From: a virus
Taxonomy: Duplodnaviria; Heunggongvirae; Uroviricota; Caudoviricetes
Length of the DNA stretch: 4,622 nt
IMG/VR virus record: IMGVR_UViG_2563366839_000003
Strand: one strand, 5' to 3'
Below the pieces are notes generated by a model. The model searched no databases. It worked only from the letters and a program-made list of their open reading frames with translations, and had not been told where the DNA came from. Shown here piece by piece: positions 1-4,622 of the stretch (positions are counted from its first letter, which is position 1; every line of letters starts with the position of its first letter). The translations under genes and the position numbers were made by a program.

Positions 1-1329
1 CCGGGCTATTTTCAGATAACCGCCACGCCGCATCTTGCGGTTTATGATCCGACGGTACAGTTTGAGTTCTGGTTCTCGGAAAAGCGGATTACCGATATCA
101 GGAAGGTTGAAACCACAGCGCGCTATCTTGGCACGGCGCTGTACTGGATAGCCGCCAGTATCAATATCAGGCCGGGCTATGATTATTATTTTTACGTTCG
201 CAGTGTGAACACCGTTGGCAAATCGGCATTCGTGGAGGCTGTTGGTCAGCCGAGTGATGACGCATCCGGCTATCTGGATTTTTTCAAAGGCGAGATAGGG
301 AAAACCCATCTGGCTCAGGAGCTGTGGACGCAGATTGATAACGGTCAGCTTGCGCCTGACCTGACTGAAATCAGGACGTCCATAACGGATGTCAGCAATG
401 AAATAACACAGACCGTCAATAAGAAACTGGAAGACCAGAGTGCAGCGATCCAGCAGATACAGAAGGTTCAGGTTGATACAAATAATAACCTGAACAGCAT
501 GTGGGCAGTGAAGCTGCAGCAGATGCAGGACGGACGCCTTTATATTGCGGGTATCGGTGCCGGTATTGAGAACACCCCTGACGGCATGCAGAGTCAGGTG
601 CTGCTGGCAGCAGACAGGATTGCGATGATTAATCCTGCGAATGGCAACACAAAGCCGATGTTTGTTGGTCAGGGCGATCAGATATTCATGAATGAAGTGT
701 TCCTGAAACGCCTGACGGCCCCCACCATTACCAGCGGCGGTAATCCTCCGGCATTTTCCCTGACATCAGACGGGAGACTGACGGCGAAAAATGCGGATAT
801 CAGTGGCAGTGTGAATGCGAACTCAGGAACGCTCAACAATGTCACGATTAACCAGAACTGTACGATTAAGGGCATGCTGGAGGCGACCCAGGTCAGAGGA
901 GATTTCGTTAAAGCTGTATCAAAAGCCTTCCCGAAAAAAGTCGGTACGTGGGGTAACACGGAAACACCAAACGGTACGGTTACAGTCACCATCAGCGATG
1001 ATCATAACTTTGACCGCCAGATTATTATTCCGCCCATTATTTTTAACGGTATAGCGTATGACGATCCGGGGAGCGGAAATAACCCAGGAGGCACGCGATA
1101 CACGGGTTATGGTTTTGAAGTTCGCAAAAACGGCGTATTAATCGCATCCAGAGAAACTAAAGGGGCCATTCCCGGTAGTTACAGTGCAGTTATTGATATG
1201 CCGAGTGGCAGGGGAAGCGTCACTCTGGAGTTTAAGATTTTCCAGAAAGGCAATCAGGGGGCAGGCAATATCACCGACTGTACGGTGATTGTGACCAAAA
1301 AAGCCGCTTCCGGCATCAGTATTCGTTGA
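1..1329 (+). CDS. J: Tail tip host-specificity protein J (central tail fibre), C-terminal ~443 codons; 5'-partial (continues upstream of window)
   Basis: Frame 1 is open from position 1 with no stop until TGA at 1327-1329 (the track shows only the ATG-initiated part, 205..1329). The translation ([17 protein letters not shown]...[22 protein letters not shown]...KAASGISIR) matches my recollection of the C-terminal part of lambda gpJ. Gene order J-lom-stf with ~65-70 nt spacers matches lambda. Receptor specificity cannot be read from sequence alone. Confidence 0.88.
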   Translation, partial: PGYFQITATPHLAVYDPTVQFEFWFSEKRITDIRKVETTARYLGTALYWIAASINIRPGYDYYFYVRSVNTVGKSAFVEAVGQPSDDASGYLDFFKGEIGKTHLAQELWTQIDNGQLAPDLTEIRTSITDVSNEITQTVNKKLEDQSAAIQQIQKVQVDTNNNLNSMWAVKLQQMQDGRLYIAGIGAGIENTPDGMQSQVLLAADRIAMINPANGNTKPMFVGQGDQIFMNEVFLKRLTAPTITSGGNPPAFSLTSDGRLTAKNADISGSVNANSGTLNNVTINQNCTIKGMLEATQVRGDFVKAVSKAFPKKVGTWGNTETPNGTVTVTISDDHNFDRQIIIPPIIFNGIAYDDPGSGNNPGGTRYTGYGFEVRKNGVLIASRETKGAIPGSYSAVIDMPSGRGSVTLEFKIFQKGNQGAGNITDCTVIVTKKAASGISIR

Positions 1330-1350
1330 AATATTTATAACCCCAATAAA

Positions 1351-1378
1351 GGGCGTCAGGAATGACGCCTTTTTTATT
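1351..1378 (+). terminator. Rho-independent terminator downstream of J
   Basis: GC-rich inverted repeat GGCGTCA (1352-1358) / TGACGCC (1363-1369) with a 4-nt loop (GGAA), followed by a T-rich tract (ttttttatt, ~1370-1378). It starts 22 nt after the J stop. Confidence 0.75.
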
Positions 1379-1388
1379 GCAGAAAAGC

Positions 1389-1394
1389 GAGAGG
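1389..1394 (+). promoter_or_regulatory. Shine-Dalgarno-like ribosome-binding site for lom
   Basis: GAGAGG sits 5 nt upstream of the ATG at 1400. Confidence 0.6.
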
Positions 1395-1399
1395 TAATT

Positions 1400-1471
1400 A
1401 TGCGTAAAGTTTGTGCAGCCATTTTGTCCGCAGCCATCTGTCTGGCCGTATCCGGTGCGCCTGCATGGGCG
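1400..1471 (+). other. lom: Predicted Sec signal peptide of Lom (24 aa, cleavage after AWA)
   Basis: N-terminal basic residues (RK), a hydrophobic core (AAILSAAICLAV) and an A-W-A small-residue site preceding SEHQ. Confidence 0.8.
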
Positions 1472-1999
1472 TCTGAACATCAGTCCACACTGAGCGCGGG
1501 GTATCTTCATGCCCGTACGAACGCTCCCGGCAGCGATAATCTGAACGGGATTAACGTGAAATACCGTTATGAGTTTACGGACACGCTGGGGCTGATTACG
1601 TCATTCAGTTATGCCAACGCTGAAGATGAGCAAAAAACGCATTACAGCGATACCCGCTGGCATGAGGATTCCGTGCGTAACCGCTGGTTCAGCGTGATGG
1701 CGGGGCCGTCTGTGCGCGTGAATGAATGGTTCAGCGCGTATGCGATGGCGGGTGTGGCTTACAGCCGTGTTTCGACTTTCTCCGGGGATTATCTCCGCGT
1801 AACTGACAACAAGGGGAAAACGCACGACGTGCTGACCGGAAGTGATGACGGTCGCCACAGCAACACGTCTCTGGCGTGGGGGGCTGGCGTGCAGTTTAAC
1901 CCGACCGAATCCGTGGCCATTGATGTCGCTTATGAAGGCTCCGGCAGTGGCGACTGGCGCACTGACGGTTTCATCGTGGGTGTCGGTTATAAGTTCTGA
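1400..1999 (+). CDS. lom: Outer-membrane protein Lom (Ail/Lom/PagC family 8-stranded beta-barrel); lysogenic-conversion 'moron' gene
   Basis: 199-aa ORF. Typical Sec signal peptide MRKVCAAILSAAICLAVSGAPAWA with an AxA cleavage motif. Alternating amphipathic beta-strand pattern and a C-terminal ...GVGYKF ending in Phe (OMP/BAM signature). Near-identical to my recollection of lambda Lom. Located between J and stf as in lambda. Confidence 0.95.
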   Translation: MRKVCAAILSAAICLAVSGAPAWASEHQSTLSAGYLHARTNAPGSDNLNGINVKYRYEFTDTLGLITSFSYANAEDEQKTHYSDTRWHEDSVRNRWFSVMAGPSVRVNEWFSAYAMAGVAYSRVSTFSGDYLRVTDNKGKTHDVLTGSDDGRHSNTSLAWGAGVQFNPTESVAIDVAYEGSGSGDWRTDGFIVGVGYKF

Positions 2000-2025
2000 T
2001 TAGCCAGGTAACACAGTGTTATGAC

Positions 2026-2052
2026 AGCCCGCCGGTTCAGGCGGGCTTTTTT
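2026..2052 (+). terminator. Rho-independent terminator downstream of lom
   Basis: Perfect 8-bp GC-rich stem AGCCCGCC (2026-2033) / GGCGGGCT (2040-2047) with a 6-nt loop (GGTTCA), followed by a T6 tract (2047-2052). It sits 27 nt after the lom stop. Confidence 0.85.
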
Positions 2053-2054
2053 GT

Positions 2055-2058
2055 GGGG
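2055..2058 (+). promoter_or_regulatory. Shine-Dalgarno-like GGGG for stf
   Basis: GGGG lies 5 nt upstream of the ATG at 2064, immediately after the lom terminator. Confidence 0.45.
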
Positions 2059-2063
2059 TGAAT

Positions 2064-4622
2064 ATGGCAGTAAAGATTTCAGGTGTACTGAAAGACGGTG
2101 CAGGTAAACCGGTACAGAACTGTACAATCCAGCTGAAAGCAAAACGTAACAGCACCACGGTGGTGGCGAACACGGTGGCCTCAGAAAATCCGGATGAAGC
2201 CGGGCGTTACAGCATGGACGTTGAGTACGGTCAGTACAGCGTTATTCTGTTGGTGGAAGGCTTCCCGCCATCGCATGCCGGGACCATCACCGTGTATGAA
2301 GACTCACAACCGGGTACGCTGAATGATTTTCTCGGTGCCATGACGGAGGATGATGTCCGTCCGGAGGCACTGCGCCGCTTTGAACTGATGGTGGAAGAGG
2401 TGGCGCGTAACGCGTCCGCAGTGGCGCAGAACACAGCAGCCGCGAAGAAGTCAGCCAGCGATGCCGGCACATCAGCCCGTGAGGCGGCAACCCATGCGAC
2501 TGATGCTGCAGGCTCAGCACGCGCAGCCAGCACGTCAGCCGGACAGGCCGCGTCGTCGGCTCAGTCAGCGACTTCCAGCGCAGGAACGGCATCAACAAAG
2601 GCCACTGAAGCATCAAAAAGTGCTGCCGCTGCAGAGTCCTCAAAAAGCGCGGCAGCTACCAGTGCCAGTGCCGCGAAAACGTCAGAAACGAATGCTGCAG
2701 CGTCACAACAATCAGCAGCCACTTCTGCATCCACCGCGACTACGAAAGCGTCAGAAGCTGCCACCTCAGCCCGGGATGCGGCGGCTTCAAAAGAGGCGGC
2801 AAAATCATCAGAAACGAACGCATCCTCGAGCGCCAGTAGCGCAGCTTCCTCGGCAACAGCGGCAGGAAATTCCGCGAAGGCCGCAAAAACGTCTGAGACG
2901 AATGCGGATAACAGCGCACAGGCGGCAGCAGACTCACAAACTGCATCGGCAAACTCCGCGACAGCAGCCAAAAAATCAGAAACCAACGCGAAAAATAGTG
3001 AGGCAGCAGCAAAGGTCAGCGAAACCAACGCTAAAGCGTCAGAGAACAAGGCGAAAGAATATCTCGACAAGGTCGGGGGACTCGTCAGCCCGATGACGCA
3101 ATACGATTGGCCCGTTGTTACTGGTAGTGAGCCTTTTTACATAAAGATCGCGAAACTTTCCGATCCTGGAAGCAAAGATTGCCATGTAACGCTAATGGTT
3201 ACTAATGCCGGTAACTACGGCTCCCCTTACGGAAACATTGACTTTATCGAGATCTCGGCGCGCGGTCTGCCTTCTTCGCTTACTGCGGATAATGTATCCC
3301 GTTACCTGAGTATACGCCGCTTAGGGTCAACCGGGCTAGCCAATAACAGCCAGATGCGTTACGGCCTGGTTAAAGGTGATGGCTTTATTGAGGTTTGGGC
3401 ATTCCAGAGTGCGTTTATTAACGACGCAAAGGTTGCGGTGCTGGCGCAGACAACACTAAGCACAGAATTATACATCCCAGACGGATTTGTTAAGCAAACC
3501 GCCGCGCCTTCTGGATATATTGAAGGCAACGTTGTAAGGATTTACGACCAGGTAAACAAGCCGACTAAAGCAGATTTGGGTCTTTCTAATGCTATGCTTA
3601 CAGGCGCTTTCGGTCTTGGCGGTAGCGGGATATCAACAAACGGCAAGATGAGCGATGTAGAGATCTTAAAAGCTCTGCGTGACAAAGGTGGTCATTTCTG
3701 GCGCGGTGATAAGCCGACCGGAAGCACGGCGACCATTTATAGCCACGGTTCTGGTATATTCTCGCGGTGCGGCGATACGTGGTCAGCGATCAATATCGAC
3801 TACTCAACCGCGAAGATTAAGATCTATGCCGGCAACGATGCCCGGCTTAACAACGGGACTTTTAGCGTCAATGAGCTATACGGCTCGGCAAACAAGCCGT
3901 CGAAATCGGATGTTGGACTTGGCAACGTAACGAACGATGCGCAGGTAAAAAAAACCGGCGATACAATGACCGGTGACTTGACAATCAAAAAAGGTACACC
4001 GTCAGTCTTCCTGCGGGCAGACAGTGGAGTCACCGCTTTGCGGTTTTATACTGGCGATAACACAGAGCGCGGCATAATCTATGCTGGTCCTAACACTGAT
4101 TCGCTTGGCGAAGTTCGCATCAGGGCAAAGACAGCAGGGGGGACATCAGGAGGGGATCTTGTTGTTCGTCACGACGGGAGGGTTGAAGTCCGTGATCTCA
4201 CAGTAGCGTATAAAATTAAAAGCAGAACGATTGAGATTGCAAATACCGACACTGACTCATCGGCAACTACGCTAAGCATCTATGGAGTACAGCACACGCC
4301 GTTGGTTTTAACGCGTTCTGGTTCTTCTGAAAATGTGTCCATTGGGTTTAAGTTAGACAACGTGAACCCAAAGTATCTTGGAATTGATACTAATGGGGAT
4401 CTGGCTTTTGGTGAGAGTCCTGATCAGAAAAAAAACAGCAAATTGATCACGCAAGCGAAACTCGACAAGGGATTAACGATTGGTGGTCAACTGGCTTTCA
4501 AAGGTACGACAGCGTTTTCAGCCGTTGCTACGTTCAGTGCCGGGATAGCAGGAGCCATCGAGCCGGAAAACATTGACGGCCAGACGGTTAATCTTAACAA
4601 CCTGACCATCATCAAGTCAGAT
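2064..4622 (+). CDS. stf: Side tail fibre protein Stf, mosaic; 3'-partial (no stop within window, at least 853 codons)
   Basis: Hand translation from ATG 2064 in frame 0 gives MAVKISGVLKDGAGKPVQNCTIQLKAKRNSTTV...; it is open to 4622 with no stop. The N-terminal ~110 aa match my recollection of the lambda Stf N-terminal domain. An Ala/Ser/Thr-rich shaft with SETNA repeats follows, then a distal region with tail-fibre motifs (NKPTKADLGLSN, NKPSKSDVGLGNVTN, GDTMTGDLTI). Position directly after lom is as in lambda. Confidence 0.9.
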   Translation, partial: MAVKISGVLKDGAGKPVQNCTIQLKAKRNSTTVVANTVASENPDEAGRYSMDVEYGQYSVILLVEGFPPSHAGTITVYEDSQPGTLNDFLGAMTEDDVRPEALRRFELMVEEVARNASAVAQNTAAAKKSASDAGTSAREAATHATDAAGSARAASTSAGQAASSAQSATSSAGTASTKATEASKSAAAAESSKSAAATSASAAKTSETNAAASQQSAATSASTATTKASEAATSARDAAASKEAAKSSETNASSSASSAASSATAAGNSAKAAKTSETNADNSAQAAADSQTASANSATAAKKSETNAKNSEAAAKVSETNAKASENKAKEYLDKVGGLVSPMTQYDWPVVTGSEPFYIKIAKLSDPGSKDCHVTLMVTNAGNYGSPYGNIDFIEISARGLPSSLTADNVSRYLSIRRLGSTGLANNSQMRYGLVKGDGFIEVWAFQSAFINDAKVAVLAQTTLSTELYIPDGFVKQTAAPSGYIEGNVVRIYDQVNKPTKADLGLSNAMLTGAFGLGGSGISTNGKMSDVEILKALRDKGGHFWRGDKPTGSTATIYSHGSGIFSRCGDTWSAINIDYSTAKIKIYAGNDARLNNGTFSVNELYGSANKPSKSDVGLGNVTNDAQVKKTGDTMTGDLTIKKGTPSVFLRADSGVTALRFYTGDNTERGIIYAGPNTDSLGEVRIRAKTAGGTSGGDLVVRHDGRVEVRDLTVAYKIKSRTIEIANTDTDSSATTLSIYGVQHTPLVLTRSGSSENVSIGFKLDNVNPKYLGIDTNGDLAFGESPDQKKNSKLITQAKLDKGLTIGGQLAFKGTTAFSAVATFSAGIAGAIEPENIDGQTVNLNNLTIIKSD
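2676..3032 (+). repeat. stf: Five intragenic copies of a ~21-nt unit encoding K-[TSKV]-S-E-T-N-A within the Ala/Ser-rich Stf shaft
   Basis: Copies at 2676-2696 (aaaacgtcagaaacgaatgct), 2802-2822 (aaatcatcagaaacgaacgca), 2885-2905 (aaaacgtctgagacgaatgcg), 2970-2990 (aaaaaatcagaaaccaacgcg) and 3011-3032 (aaaggtcagcgaaaccaacgct). They encode KTSETNA, KSSETNA, KTSETNA, KKSETNA and KVSETNA, set in an A/S/T-rich low-complexity context. Confidence 0.8.
3555..3940 (+). repeat. stf: Two copies of a tail-fibre sequence motif N-K-P-[TS]-K-[AS]-D-[LV]-G-L-[SG]-N, ~112 codons apart, in distal Stf
   Basis: Copy 1 at 3555-3590 (aacaagccgactaaagcagatttgggtctttctaat = NKPTKADLGLSN). Copy 2 at 3891-3940 (aacaagccgtcgaaatcggatgttggacttggcaacgtaacgaac = NKPSKSDVGLGNVTN). 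Both are preceded by an aromatic/hydrophobic pair plus Q/S (IYDQV / LYGSA). Confidence 0.7.

Noticed and set aside
678-1054. ORFs 678..992 (-) and 815..1054 (+) inside J
   Set aside because: Fully embedded in the J reading frame, which is continuous and recognisable; alternative-frame artefacts.
1285-1400. Possible sigma70 promoter for lom in the J 3' end/intergenic spacer (e.g. TTGAAA at 1325-1330)
   Set aside because: I could not pair any -35-like hexamer with a convincing -10 at 16-18 nt spacing. A lom promoter may exist but is not supportable from sequence inspection alone.
1138-1510. Minus-strand ORFs 1138..1437 and 1316..1510 spanning the J-lom junction
   Set aside because: They run antisense through the J 3' end, the J terminator and the lom signal-peptide region; unremarkable composition. 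The J/lom annotations explain this interval.
1601-1858. 85-aa minus-strand ORF inside lom
   Set aside because: Antisense shadow of the well-supported lom CDS.
2231-2643. Two overlapping minus-strand ORFs (100 and 118 aa)
   Set aside because: Antisense to the conserved stf N-terminal/shaft coding sequence; mutually overlapping, no supporting signals.
2561-3070. 169-aa minus-strand Ala-rich ORF
   Set aside because: Antisense shadow of the Ala/Ser/Thr-rich stf shaft; low complexity, no independent start context.
2461-3096. 211-aa + strand ORF, extremely Arg/Gln/Pro-rich (frame +1 relative to stf)
   Set aside because: It lies entirely inside stf in an alternative frame over the GC-rich Ala/Ser codon repeats. 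Its low-complexity basic composition is the expected by-product of frame-shifting GCN/TCN-rich sequence, and it has no RBS.
3679-4033. ORFs 3679..3930 (+, frame +1) and 3824..4033 (-) inside distal stf
   Set aside because: Embedded in the continuous stf frame; Arg/Ser-rich composition typical of out-of-frame translation; no RBS.
3100-4622. Diversity-generating retroelement (DGR) variable region in the fibre tip
   Set aside because: No template-repeat/variable-repeat pair with adenine-specific differences is visible, and no reverse transcriptase gene is in the window. The two internal motif copies are ordinary structural repeats.
1-4622. Defence system, CRISPR array, tRNA/ncRNA, IS element or integrase
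   Set aside because: The three tail/moron genes and two short terminator-containing spacers (70 and 64 nt) account for the whole window. No direct-repeat/spacer periodicity, no inverted terminal repeats, and no unassigned ORF-sized gaps.

Overview
This window reads as the distal tail-fibre region of a lambda-like (lambdoid) phage or prophage, with three co-directional genes on the + strand in lambda order. (1) The 3' end of the host-specificity/central tail fibre gene J runs in from the left edge to a stop at 1329. (2) A complete lom gene (1400..1999) encodes an Ail/Lom-family outer-membrane beta-barrel with a signal peptide, and is bracketed by two clear rho-independent terminators, the classic moron arrangement. 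(3) A side tail fibre gene (stf) starts at 2064 and runs open to the window end. It is absent from the ORF track only because it has no in-window stop; I translated it by hand and found 853 codons with no stop. Stf looks mosaic: a lambda-like N-terminal domain, an Ala/Ser/Thr-rich shaft with five K-x-S-E-T-N-A repeats, then from about 3060 a lower-GC distal part enriched in rare codons that carries two NKP-x-K-x-D-x-GL-x-N fibre motifs and a GDTMTGDL motif. No defence system, CRISPR array, RNA gene or transposable element is supportable here. The most notable feature is the apparently exchanged distal stf module, a putative receptor-binding region of unknown specificity. All homology statements come from recalled sequences, not searches, and need BLAST/HMM confirmation.
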